Origin: Tubulanus polymorphus
Taxonomy: Eukaryota; Animalia; Nemertea
Length of the DNA stretch: 64,000 nucleotides
Assembly: GCF_964204645.1 (NCBI RefSeq)
Contig: NC_134033.1
Coordinates: forward strand, 8,812,655 to 8,876,654
Direction: 5' to 3'
The translations under genes and the position numbers were made by a program. The notes beneath the pieces were generated by a model. It had not been told where the DNA came from. It saw only the letters and a program-made list of their open reading frames with translations, and ran no database searches. Every line of letters begins with the position of its first letter. Positions within the stretch are counted from its first letter, which is position 1. This document shows, piece after piece, positions 38,054 through 51,204 of the stretch.

Positions 38054-40541
38054 TTACTAAAATTCTCATAGTGATAATATAATGCCGCTAATATTAAACC
38101 TCCTGCTACTAAATAATGTTTCAAGTCACTACTTTCGGTAGATATGAAATCATTTATTTTTTTAAAGAGAAAAATTAAAAGATTTGAAAATATTTGAAAT
38201 ATATAATTAGATATTCACTAGATTTGATATTAAATATTTCATTGATTAATTTAAAAACATTGAACTATCAAATATTTGAGATGGAATATATTTAACGGTA
38301 TTTCAAGAATATTCATTATTTTTTCATCTAAATTACCTTAATAATTTAAAACTATTAAATATTTTAGGCTTTTTAACACCATTATCTAAAGTATCTTTTA
38401 GTTCAGTAATAAAATATGCATCATTTGATAATATTTGATTAATCATTTTAATGATGTCTTCCACTAAGTTTGTTGCTGAGATAAAATTTTTAACATTAAA
38501 TAGTGAAAATAATTTATTAATTTCCTTGATTTCAATTATATATTCGGGTTCTTTCATTTTTAAAACAAAACTTTTATTAAGATGAATTTTCTAGATTATT
38601 TATATTTAAAAATCTAACATGTATAAATATATAATTGATGTTATAGATATGAATTATTTTACTAACACTTTACTCACACTTTTATAATTGAATATATATA
38701 ATTATTTCTCTATTTATAATATCATAATCTAAATTATTTTCATAACACTTTACTCACACTTTTATAATTAATATATATATATATTTAATTATTTCTCTAT
38801 ATTTGATAATATTTGATGTTATAAATCTAAATCAAACACTTTTGCTAACACTTTACTCACACTTTTTAGCGAACCTATGGTTCGCTACTTATGCCAACGG
38901 TCTAGTTGGCCTTGTGCCAATATTGCTAGAAAGTGATGTTAACAAGCCACATTTTGAAACGGTGATAGACCCGGTCGTATTTCTTGTTGCAGATGATTCA
39001 AATAGCCTAACACTCGCTATTGTGCGAATTTCGTTGCGATGTGATTGATCTAAGCTGTAAAATTTTAGATAATTAGAAAATTTCCTTTGCTTTAATATAG
39101 TTTGACATGACCTGGAATGACCTAAGTCATGAATAATAATTAACATATGCACATGCGCTTAACACTGCGTAGAATGACAGGTGGATCCTCGCTAGAATAG
39201 ATCCATTTTGTAAAATATCGAGCTGTGTATTGACGATTACTGTTAAGAAAACAAATGGCGGAAAAGCACGTTACATTTTTATACTTTGGTCACTGATCGA
39301 CTCTTGAAATAAGAGTACCGTCGACGTCAAGATACTCGAAGAAACCGTAGCGTATTAACTTCCACCAGTCGTCGGGTATGGTACATGTACGAGGGAGGGA
39401 GGTAAGTCTTCAGTTTCTCCTGATGAATTAACGAATCACAATGTATATCCAATAAAAAGACCTTCATTTTTTCATGACTGGACCTCGTTTGTAAAAAAAA
39501 TGCCTGCTGAATCGGAATACAAACTTCTTTCAGCTATATCGTTTGCGACTATAGGTTATTAGGAGAAAAAAAAATGATCTTCCACCCCTCCACTTTTTAC
39601 TCAATGGATTTGCTGGCCTTGCGATTGCGCAATACCGATTAATGATGGCAGCACCAGCTTGCCAATTGAGAGCTCTCCACATTTTCGGCTGTCCCTGAAG
39701 CTATTTTAATAGCGAATGTGCGATTACTGAATTATTTCCGAAAAAAGTTATAGCAACATAATTAAAGACCTGATTTAGCGATATGAACGGAGGGTTTGAA
39801 TTGCTTTGTCTTCTTATCTGTCGCTACAATGCGTGTTTGTGCATGAAAACAGTTTCTTCAATGATTTTGATAGAACATTGCACAGGCGTTTAAAACATTT
39901 CTTGAGGGTGGTCAGGCTGAAATTTCGAGATGATACGAACGAACTTAATATTAAGCGTAATTTAGCAATTCGCGATATTTGTTCATTAATTAGTTTGCTA
40001 GGGCAATGGAATACAGAAGCATCAGTAAAACATATATTTTCTCTTTTTTACCTTCAGGGCCTCTTGTTTAGGTAATGATCTGGCGAGTAGCAGTCAGTAA
40101 ACTTATAAACAAAAATTACGACGTTCACGGGAAACCATAACCTAGGTACATGTACGACGGAACATCTGAACTATTCAAGATTCAAGTTATTGTAAAAAAA
40201 TTAGCTTGTTATTTTGCAAAGAAATAAAACATTTTATTTTATATGAAGTGTTACCTCTCCATCTCACAGTTCTTTGTCAACTAAGCTTTGATTATTACCC
40301 CCCCCCCCCTTCACCCCAATTTCAAATGCAAAGTTCAATGTTACCCAGGATTGACTGGTAAGATTAACAATGCCAGACTTAATCTCTCGATGAGATCTTC
40401 CTGACCAATTACTTATTGGGACCAGGTCAGCAGCCACTTCTTTGAAAGCATATTTCGCTTTCTTCCTTTTACTTCTCAAATTATCATGTCGGTGAGCTTC
40501 TGGGCCATTGGTCCTTCATATCATTTAAAATTGATTTTATT

Positions 40542-40894
40542 TCATTCGAAATCTATATATATATCATGGTATCCTTTTCATTCTTACCATTATATATGAA
40601 ATATAAATCACCAGAATATAATTCTTCAATATCTTCACTAGATAATCTATGAAATCTTTCTGGTAAATACGTTCTGAATTTATTTACATATTTCCTTTTA
40701 ATCCTTCATATTCTAAATGAATTACTAATTTATCTCCATATCTATTAGTAATTGTTTCAATATTTGTAATTAAATATTTCTTATGAATTGTTAATTCCGT
40801 TAACTTCTTGAATTAATAATCTATAGATTGTAGTATCTTTAATTCTAGCTAGGAATGATTTGTAATTCTTGTATGGTGCTTGTTTGCTCTCCAT
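40542..40894 (-). pseudogene. Frameshifted small gene, possible OB-fold ssDNA-binding-like protein of virus/Polinton origin
   Basis: Reconstructed across frameshifts: MESKQAPYKNYKSFLARIKD..FKKLTELTIHKKYLITNIETITNRYGDKLVIHLEYEG..KFRTYLPERFHRLSSEDIEELYSGDLYFIYNGKNEK..GYHDI..DFE. Confidence 0.5.
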
Positions 40895-41329
40895 TTATTT
40901 TATAGATTTTTTATCAAAATTGATTTTAGAAATATCAAATTTCATAAATATGAATTTCATAAATATGATATTCATATATATGAAATTCATATATATATGT
41001 ATAAGATTATTAGAGTAAATGTGTATATGTTGTTTGATATCAAAGGTTGAAGGGTTGAGCGAATAAAATGAAAATAAATTCGAACGTGCGAGAATTTACT
41101 TTTATTTCATGAACTCGACCCTTCGACTCTTGTAAATCTTACTTACATATACGCACCCCTTTTGACCTTTTAAAAAGACCTTTCGTGTTGAGATGACACA
41201 GATTCAGTTCAGTTTGATTTAATCCTGGATTTATGCGAGTCAGGGCGTCATCCTATTCCAAATTCTGAGAAGGATCCATCGTTATGCGAGTCTGACGCAA
41301 TCCGCTTGGTTGGATCATTGCGATACTGC

Positions 41330-41992
41330 CCGCGCTTGACAGGGGTCGTCACGTCCTGTTTTGCTTTTGATGCGGTCATATCCGTGCTCTTGCTTCGCTG
41401 ATATATTGTTTACGAATAGGTGCCCCTGCACAAAGTGAAATTTAACTTCTTTTTCGATAAGCTCCTTAACATTGTCGTCGTAACTTCGCCTTTGATCCCT
41501 GATCTGCTTGGGAATTTGCTGCGCTATTCGGATACCGTGCTAATTCATCACGTCTAGCTCTTACTTCTTCGCGATCCAGATATAATTGGAACTTTACGAC
41601 CTTATTGTGCCATTTTTCGGTTTTCTAAGACGATGCACTCTCGCAAATTTTATTCTTTTCTGTGCATCAGGTATTTAAGCTTCATTTTTAGAATATCAAA
41701 CATCTTGGCGCTCATGTCCTCGCTAGCTTCCAAAAAAAGTAAATTGTCTCTCATCAACCTCATCTGAAGGTCATATGGATTTCGTCGGTGTCTTTTTCTG
41801 GTCAGCTCTTTTCCCGAGGATATATCAGGAACTTCTGTTTCCGAGCCGTTACGATTTCTTTTACCATCCATTATGTAGCTGCTCTTGGTGAGTAGGTTTT
41901 CTTAAGTATAGCTTAGTATCAGCATATCTTCTAAAAAATGTACTTAGTACGGACAACAAATTTTACGTGTCATGACATTCCGCCGTCTTGAA
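41330..41992 (-). pseudogene. Decayed LINE 5' end / ORF1 (RRM + CTD, L1-ORF1-like fold)
   Basis: DLQMRLMRDNLLF, FARVHRL, VVKFQLYLDREEVR, GIRIAQQIPKQIRDQRR and FHFVQGHLFVN across frameshifts; 5' caagacggcg motif at about 41990. Confidence 0.75.
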
Positions 41993-42180
41993 TATATGCA
42001 TATATAGTTAAAGGAAACTACTTCACCCAAAATTCCGTCCATAAGTGGACCAAACTATTAGGCAAACTTTCACCTGTATAAACACCACTTTAGCTTTGTT
42101 TCTTTCCACCATTCAATCGGTTTGCCTGGTCCAAGAAGGTGGAGCCAAAACCAAGAAGGTCCAGCAGCGACCGTTTCGGA

Positions 42181-42502
42181 TCATTCTGGTTTTGGACTCA
42201 CAATAATAAAGAACAACCATTATATATCATCGTGTTTTTTGGTCTTCTTGGACATTACAGATAAGCAAACCGTATAATTTGAGTTAAATAATATTTGCAT
42301 GAAACTAGTAATACAGTGCATATCTTTTAGGCAGATAAGTATTTGTATTGAAACCTAGATCATATATATGTAGGGTTTATCTTATTAAGAATATTTGTAA
42401 TCAACGTAATAAGACTATAATATTCATTCTGGTTTTGGACTCACAATAATAAAGAACAACTATTATATATCATCGTGTTTTTGGTCTTCTTGGATATTAC
42501 AG
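42181..42502. repeat. ~80-bp direct repeat pair
   Basis: tcattctggttttggactcacaataataaagaacaac...ttacag at about 42181-42260 and 42424-42502. Confidence 0.85.
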
Positions 42503-45500
42503 GACGTTGCAGGGCAATATAGGACAAAACCAGGGTCCCAGGCTACCTTCTGACTAGATTCCCCGTCTTAGTCAAACAACGCAAGAATATAACGCAACAA
42601 ATAAAAGAAACGCTTTAACACGATGCAATATTTGAAACAATTATGATTACATCCTGCTAGAAACATATATCAGTATTGAAAAAATATTTACACCCAGTGC
42701 AATTTATCAAAATCAAACATGTTTTGTATAGATTTAGATAAAACGAATAGAGTTTAACTTGGACCTGAAGCTGAAAACATTGCAAGATCTATTTTTTTAT
42801 ATGAAAAACAATACTTTAATTTGTCTGTTTTCAGCAAGAGTGAAAATGAAGTTCCATTTTTGAGCTCCAGGTTACAGGAAATAGCACACATATGGCCAGG
42901 AAATTCTAAAGATTTTAATTATTTCTCAGGGACCAGTACCGCAGTTCGAGATTACGTTTAATAATGATGTCATTTTGGTTATTGAAACTGAATTTTCACG
43001 ACGTCATAAAAAATATTGACGTCATTATTTTTATTTCGTTGTAGAAATTATATTCTTCAAAATATACGTACGACGCCATTCGTTCACTTTTTTCATTCAC
43101 CGACCCAAATGGAAAAAATAGAAGATAGAATATGACCTTTGTAGCGCTAAAAAGAATCGTTACAAAAGAAAGTAGCTCACTTTCAATTACACGATCATTC
43201 GAAACTTTCCCACAATCAATCAAGTTGTCCGTGATTTCGATGACGTCACAGTACACTATATGACAATTAGGGCTATTTAGTCAGCGATTCAAAAATGTTA
43301 CCACTTCCAATACCACATTTTTCTTGTAGCCTGATTTTTTCTACAATAACCACCGAGTTATCAGTGCTCAATACGACTTTTTCTTTAGGCCCCTATAAAC
43401 GATTTTTCAAGTTGGAAACATTGAACTGAATGATTGGATATTTTAGGACGGTGCCTACCAGAATGTGGCATAATTCTTCTAAGATAGGCCTACGTACCCG
43501 TGCCAGTCGTTTAAACATTGATAAAATGAAGATGTTCGTGAGGTCTAATACAATCTGCTGGATTAACATACAGAATTTTTTGTGAATCAGATAAAGAAAT
43601 TAGGTAAATTTTGCATGATGTCAACCGGGAATAATCATATTTTATTGGCTTCCTTTGCCACAATAAAGTACCCGAGTCCTCATTGTTCTATAGCTATATC
43701 GCGTTATTTCATTTCGGAAATTTGAAGTGGGTAAATCTAAGTATATATAGAGCCTATAGTTTAATAACGCGTGACTACATTCTTAGAGGATTAACAGAAC
43801 TTAACTGGGATCTCCGTCTGTATATGTGTGTGACGGGGTATATATCGGGTTCTATAACTAATTCATTCAATTTCATTGAAGTTGGTCTCGAAGGAGCGTT
43901 GCTTCGTATTTCCCACGTATTCCACAGGCTTCCCACGAATCTAACGGCTTTTAACATTATTGTGAATCAGTGAAAAGTGAATCTTGTCGGTGAATAATCC
44001 AACTAGACTATGCGTCCTCTATATAATTGTAGATCATATTTACTCTAGGATTAGCAACAGTGTGGATTAACGTGCCATATTGAGTGGTCGCATATTGAAA
44101 AATCGGTTTTAAGTCAGAGAATGATCAGATTCGGCATAAAAGTTAATGGTTGATGAAGTTCTGAAGACTCATCTGTGACATTTAATGAATCGGATGCCAT
44201 AGGACATTAACCTGATTGTATATTAAAATACAAATAATGATCGCCAGGTACATGTCACAAAGCTACTGAGAGACGCTTCAAGAATATAACAAGAGGTAAG
44301 TAACTACATGATCACTTCAAGCCAGTAGGCCACTGTCTCTAAATTGATTCAAAGTTTCCTCAGTTGTTCTGCAAACCGCGCAACTGAAAATTAAAATCCG
44401 CCCGCCGCACATCACACGAATCCTGTTCATAATACCTCCACCCAAATGTCCCAAATGTCCCGCACCAAGAAAACCCTAATATGTGTCCAAAATATTTCCA
44501 AGCCCTAAAACAAGTGGGTTAATGCCTCTAGGATAAAAATCAGGAATGTATGAGCAAAAGATATAATTTTTCTATTCTAGAAAGAATATTATGTCTCCCG
44601 AAGTTAAAATTTGCAGGCCAGACTCATTGTTGAGACAAACCAAAGTTCTATAGTGAATTAATTAAAAGCAGTTAATTGAGCAAAACGAAGTAAACTGTTC
44701 ATTTCAGTGTATATTGTGAGAAGACCATCGTTGCAGTTAAATGGAAATGAACTGAATTCGATGTGAAAACCGCAATTTAGTACATTGTTTTCTTAGATTA
44801 GGACTCATAAATATCCTATAATAAACAGATAATGAGCAAATGATGAACGCATATGGACGCACCTAAACTTACAAATACATATACAAAATGACTTTGGAAG
44901 CGGCTTTGAAAAATTGTTTAAGCTGTTTAAGCTTTTCCCATAGTTTTCATTATGCCCCGGCTCAACTTCTGAATACGCGCCGTCACGGCCGTAAGTGATG
45001 TTTTAATCTGACTTATAAAATAGGGATTGATCCTGTTATTTATTTGATTGGTAGATTTCGTTTGATTTTAGGCAAGTCGTAAGCTGAGCCTATTACTATA
45101 CAAATTGAGCGAATTCAAATGACACGGTTTCCAGAGTAAAGGCTCTTTGACTGCGCAACTAAGCACATATTCATACAAATAATTCATTTTAGCATTATCC
45201 ATTCTCCAAACCCTATGAAGCTGAATTTTGAAAAAGGGCTTCGTTAAAATTCATACGAGCTTTTTCGCGAAAATCTGAAAGCAAAGATATCTCTTTTAAA
45301 AAGCCAATCAGAAAGCAAAGACTCCTCTATGATTGGCTTAGCCGCAGAGAACAGCAGTGTTCACGTGAACCCGTGGTATCGTCTACTGTTTTACTTCCGG
45401 GTTTTATTCTAGGATCTAAAATTGTATTTCAAGATCGATTTCTGTGAAATCTTTACATTTGATTTGATTCGTTTATTTGGTTTTTGGGAGGAATATTTTT

Positions 45501-46002
45501 ATTTGCATTATGGAAAATATCATTGATAATTTTGCTAAGTCCGAGATTTATTTTTCTGAGAAAAATAGCTATTTCTCAAATCGGATGGATGACCTGATAT
45601 GCCATTTTGGCATGTGTTCAAACTGGGAATTGAATCAAATTTCATTCTGCAAAATAATATCAAATCCAATTCAATTTTACATTATTGAACAAATAAAACA
45701 TCAAATCCATTTCAATTTTTTATTATTAAGCAAATTTCAGAAAATGTGTTTGTATTCCGCATTCAAACAGTAAGACCAAGGGAAAAGATTTATCTGAGGT
45801 ATTTTTTCTTGCCAGCTCCATTCGCTGTCTGTGCTGCTTATAAAAACACAATATTGTATAGCGTAAATTATAGAGTATTATCTCAGCTGGGAGTGTATGT
45901 TGATAAATATAACCCACATAGTGCGTCATTTGCGATTTTATGAAACGCTGACAGGCTGGCCATCGCGCCCCTTGGGCTCTTGTTTGATTTGGTATCTTAC
46001 AA

Positions 46003-46568
46003 ACCCACCACACCTTGCTGCGAGCGAAACAGGGGGTTTGATTTTGAATTCGGTAATCGAAGTACAGATATAGTTGTGTGGTCGGCGGTCGAGTTAACAG
46101 AAATATTTGTTTAAATCGAAGTACGTGATCGGTTCTGGTTCATTAAAAAACAGCCTAGAGGCAGCAATTGTCGACCGATTTTTTTCAAAATTGTGACACA
46201 AGTAGGGCATCACTTGAGGCAGAAACCCATCTAAAATTCGGTTGAAGCAATTCCAATCATGGCAGCCAGGGGGCGACATGAAATGCAAACACGTGACAGT
46301 CTAGAGGCTGTAATTATAGGCCGATTTTTCATTCAAACTGGGTACACAAGTATGACATTACTTAGGGCAGAACCCTATTTGAAATTGAGTCGACGCAATT
46401 CAAATAATGGCTTCCAGGGGAAAACAGGCTGCTACTGTTGACCAATTCTTTAAACTTCAGTAAGAATATTATTGTTATTGAAATGATTGCGATATTTCCA
46501 ATGCATTCACCAAAAACCCTGTAACTTCTTATTTGGCGGGGTATTCGAGGCTTTGCCTCATTCTTGTT
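46003..46568 (+). mobile_element. HINE-like family F7 with ~146-bp internal units
   Basis: Units begin cag(c/t)ctagaggc near 46151 and 46297; 3' ggcggggt plus gaggctttgcctc hairpin. Confidence 0.55.
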
Positions 46569-47542
46569 AGTTAGGTTAACTTGTGCACGCTTGGCCTAGT
46601 TCGGTTAAATGGTTAAATTCAGTACGGATGTCTCGGAAAAAAACTTTCCGTGGAATTTCTCCCCAACATCTTCAGTATCACCGAGACTTAAAATAATTTC
46701 CTCCCGGGATTCGATTTTATATCTTCCGGTTGTATATTGAGCTACTGATGCGGCAAAAATGATTCTTAGGTCCGATAGCAATGTGGTTAGATATTCTTCG
46801 TAGCCCCTTTCCCTTTTGACATGTTTATAATACGTATGTAGCTGTGTTAGAATTGTTTAGGGATTCAAAAGTTTTAGTGCCAAAAACTGATCTGTTAAGC
46901 GTTGCTGCACGGTGGAAGCAAAACTATTTGAGTCTGAGATTTTCTGAGTATACCAGACTCCGTCTAATCTATTGGGTTCCAGGCCATTTTTTGGTGAAGT
47001 CAAGCCATTTACTAGCTTTTCTGTCAATCAAAAGATGACAATGCAGAGTTTTATACATGGACGATGATAACTTGTTAGTATTTAACAGGTTTCTCCAAAT
47101 ATTTAGCATTGTAGAGCAGTCGAAAAAGGGAATTTTCTTAGTTCACTGTGAAAAAAAAAACTCTTGTGCGATCTATTTCATTATATTTTAGCAGGTACCT
47201 AAAGAGTAAGTTGGACTCTCTCACAAAAACAGAATTTTAATCGTATGCTTTCATCGATAATTTGTATGCGGTTTATCGTTTTAAAAAAAACTAGTGTTAA
47301 ATCTCCATGAATTGTTCATTTTATTGTTGATTTAATTTCAAAGATTGCAACAAACTTACTCGTCACAATCTTCTGATGAACTTTTCATTTGATTGTTGAT
47401 GTTATACTATAAATAGCAACATGAAATACATTGATTTAGAAAATGTGTTATATCTTAACTGTGCATTCATCTTCTAATTTCCAATAATCTAGAAATATGT
47501 TGCATTTAAATGTCATCTATACTATAAATGTCTATTGTTTAT

Positions 47543-48529
47543 TAGCCCACTTGGGACTTAACTCCCAGCTGGCTATTGCGTTCACTTTTCGTCCGTCCGT
47601 GCGTTCGTCCGTCCGTCCGTAGACCGAATCCATTTATTTTGGGAAAATTTCTTCAATGTCATGTCTTGATATTTGGGTTACACATGTATCTACCCCTTGG
47701 CACATCTTTAGCTCAAAAACTGGCCCTTTCAGAATCAAGATGGCCGACTAGCGGCCATTGTTGTTCGCCAAAATCAGCAGTTTTTACACATTTTTGATGT
47801 TATTGAGGGAAATCTTGAAGACGCTTTAATCGATAAATAACCTTGATCTTTCGTATGTATTTGAAGCGCCCATCAGCATAGAAAAAATTAAGTCGATCGG
47901 ACTTAATATGGCCGTCATATTATTTTTTGGGCCCAAAAATGTCAATTTTGGCCCGAATTCTGAGCCCTGTAGCTTCCTTTTTTCATTGCAATTTCTGATG
48001 CTTTTGAAAGTAATCTCTAATACCTGAGACATGTTTTTTTTATCAGCAGTTATCACGCAATTGGCGGCCATCTTGGTGTCATCAGTACTCATTCGTAGGT
48101 GGAAAAAAGTTTTTCCACATTATATTGATACCTAAGCATGTTTGTTACCATAATCGATTTGAAAGTTGTAGCTCATAAGATGTTCTATGATGTGGTGGTT
48201 TCAAGGCAAATGGTTTTTGTAAGTGAAAGTGGCCACCAGGGGGCGTTGAATAATACAATAACTTAGTATTTCTATGTATACGTACCTGTGCATATGTTGT
48301 TACCACAATCAATTGCAAAGTTGTAGCTGCTGACGTGGTCTCTGGTTGTGGTGAGTTTCAAGGTCATTGGGTTTTGCATATGGTCACCGGGGGTCACGAT
48401 CAATTGCAAAATCGTAGCTGCTGACATGTTCTATGATTTTGGTTAGTTTTAAGATCATTTGTTTGTGTAGATGGTCACCTGCATTTGAAACCACTTCCCG
48501 AGTAGGCATGGTGTCCCAGGACCTCTAGT
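47543..48529 (+). mobile_element. HINE F1 copy C, uninterrupted (~1 kb)
   Basis: Both termini, (GTCC)n and tandem units are present. Confidence 0.85.
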
Positions 48530-48549
48530 TTATTTTCATATTCTAATTG

Positions 48550-48742
48550 CTTGACTACTGTATAAATAATAACAAGAATGATGCCCGTATAGGGTTTATG
48601 GATTTGTCCAAAGCCTTCGATATATCAAACCATGATATTCCATGGGAAAAATTACTAGAAGCTGGCATTACTCGTAAAGTGTGTAATATCATCAAGTCTA
48701 TCTAGGCTAACAACGAGTCATATGTGAAAACTGATGGGTTTA
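48550..48742 (+). pseudogene. Small LINE RT fragment
   Basis: GFMDLSKAFDISNHDIPWEKLLEAGITRKVCNIIKSI. Confidence 0.75.
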
Positions 48743-51048
48743 TAGCTAGCTTTTCAGCGAGCCTATGTCAACGGTCTGGCCGATCCGTAATCATTCGTAT
48801 GCTTAATACACTACGCTCAAAGCTATTTTTAGCGCACTCAAACGCAATTTCAGTAGCCTGTAATTTCAGTACTAATAAGTGAATTCAACGCATTAAAGCA
48901 AAAATATATTTCGTAATTGGTTTTGCTTTATGGTGCGCTAAGTTGAAAGCCGAGGGTTTCATATTTTTTGAGAAATTTACCAAAAAGGTTCAAAAATTCG
49001 ATTTATTTGAGCACGTCTTTTATGCAGCTTCTTTAACTGTCCAAAATTACACAGTGAAAATTCAATGCTATTTGCGTCGGAAGAACTTTATATCATCAAG
49101 ACCCGATGCTTTGTTCGCTAGTTATGGGCTTTCAAAGACGAAACCCCTCAAAATCTTGGTTATATAAAATTTGTGTTGACCCGGTTTTGACTTCCATCAT
49201 GACGTCATAACATTGAATGAGGTGGGTCAGCTGGTGCGCGTTACTTCACAAACAAAATGGCGGCACAATTGAATAGGTTGATATCATCATTTCTAGCGTG
49301 AATACTGATACTCAAGGCGTATGACATAACGATTTATTGTGTGCGATGTGTTCAACGATTCATCTAGTTTTGGTATTGCGTGCAAAAGGTCACGTTGCAC
49401 CAAGATGTGTGACGAAAATGTGGTTTCAAAATGCGGAAATTTACTTCCGTGTTCGCCATACACGGCTGATTTACTGATGATACAATCGAATTTTCAGAGA
49501 ATGACGAGTCTGTTATTTACACGACTGTAATACTTTTTTATCATCATCAACTGAAGTCATTTTATTGACGTTCGCATTAGCGATACGTTTTTGGAGCCTG
49601 ATTTTTGTGTGCATGTATTAGTTTGTAAATCGCGGCATATTGATGAGCGTTCGCGTTGAAAACAGTCGTGTACCGTCGCGTATACAATATCGCCTTATAC
49701 TATCGTGTTCACTGCGTCTATGTATCAGTTAAAGATTACGCGCGCTACGGTGTGTATCGCACGTAATGACGATTTGTCTGAGTTAAGATGTAAGCTAGTT
49801 AAAGCAATCCTATCGTGAAATTATTAAAACCATGCCAGTCGCTAAACTTTGTTTCGTTAGTAACCGGCACTGGCCTCAAATTTGTTGAAGAACTTGGGAG
49901 ATTGTGTCCTGATGAGTCCGTATGAAAATGAAAAACCTCCGATGAAACCCAGGCTCTCACCGTTTGTACCGTATCTTAACGGGTCACTCAGTTTTAGTTG
50001 TTTTACGTCATTCAATGGATGTATCAAATTATGAACATTTGTTCGGACAAAAGTCCCATAATCAATTTTTCGAAGATTTCATTCTCGTTAAAAGTCAGTC
50101 ATCATTTAAAGTTCACACTGACCAAATTTGAGTCATTTTTAGCCCACTTGGGACTTTAGTACCAGCGGGCTATTGCGTTCACTTTTCGTCCGTCGTCCGT
50201 CCGTTCGTCCGTCCGTCCGTAGACGGAATCCAGTTATTTTGGGAAGTTTTGAAGACGCTTCAAGGTAATGTCTTGATATTTGGGTTACACATGTATCTAC
50301 CCTAGACACATCTTCAGCCCAAAAACTGGCCCTGTCAGAATCAAGATGGCCGACTAGCAGCCATTGTTGTTCGCCAAAATCAGCACTTTTTACACATTTT
50401 TGAACTTTTTGAGGGAAATTTTGAAGACGCTTTGATCAATTACCTTGGTCTTTCGTATATATGTGAATCCCCCCAGGGCCCATCAACATAACAAAAATTG
50501 GGTCGGTCGAACTCAAGATGGCCGTCCTATGACCTTTTTAGTGCCCAAAAATGTTAATTTTGGCCCGAATTCTGAGTCCTGTAGCTTCCTACTGGTTTGC
50601 CATTTCTCATTGCAATTTGTGATGGGTATTCTATGGAAAGGGATGTTTTATACCTGAGACAGGTATTTTTCATCAGCCAATTATGACGCAATTGGCGGCC
50701 ATCTTTGTATCACCAGTACTCATTCGTAAGTGGGAAAAAGTTTTTCCACATTATATTGATACCTAAGCGTATTTTGGTACCACAATCAATAAGAAAGTTG
50801 TAGCTCATAACGTGTTCTATGATTGTGGTCATTTTCAAGGTAATTGGATTTCGTATATGGCCACCAGGGGGCGTTGAATAATACAATATCTTTTTTTTAT
50901 TTTTTATTATACTTTATTCACGAATTAAATTACACTAGAAAATTACAACAAGATAATATAATAAAATAATGTAATTCAAGTCGATGGACACCAGGAGAAG
51001 TTACAAACTTATATCCATAAAACATGGCCCTGGCGCCCATAGAAATCA

Positions 51049-51142
51049 AACACACGCACGCACACACACACATGTACACAACCCTGCACCACAACACTCA
51101 CGCATACGCGCACGCACGCACGCACGCACGCACGCACACACA
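51049..51142. repeat. (CA)n/(GCAC)n microsatellite in the LINE 3' UTR
   Basis: Directly visible. Confidence 0.9.
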
Positions 51143-51204
51143 TCCATAATGACAAGTTAAGTTCAGATCGACCTATAAACGCATATTAAACAAATGTTAA
51201 ATTA

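Larger units (their letters stand above)
37200..41030 (-). other. Fragmented AT-rich Polinton/DNA-virus-like remnant (pieces about 37200-37620, 38057-38866, 40520-41030)
   Basis: Very high AT, co-oriented intronless N/K/I-rich ORF remnants, a CEICNKKY zinc-finger half and TAAATG starts. No hallmark polB or capsid gene seen. Confidence 0.45.
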
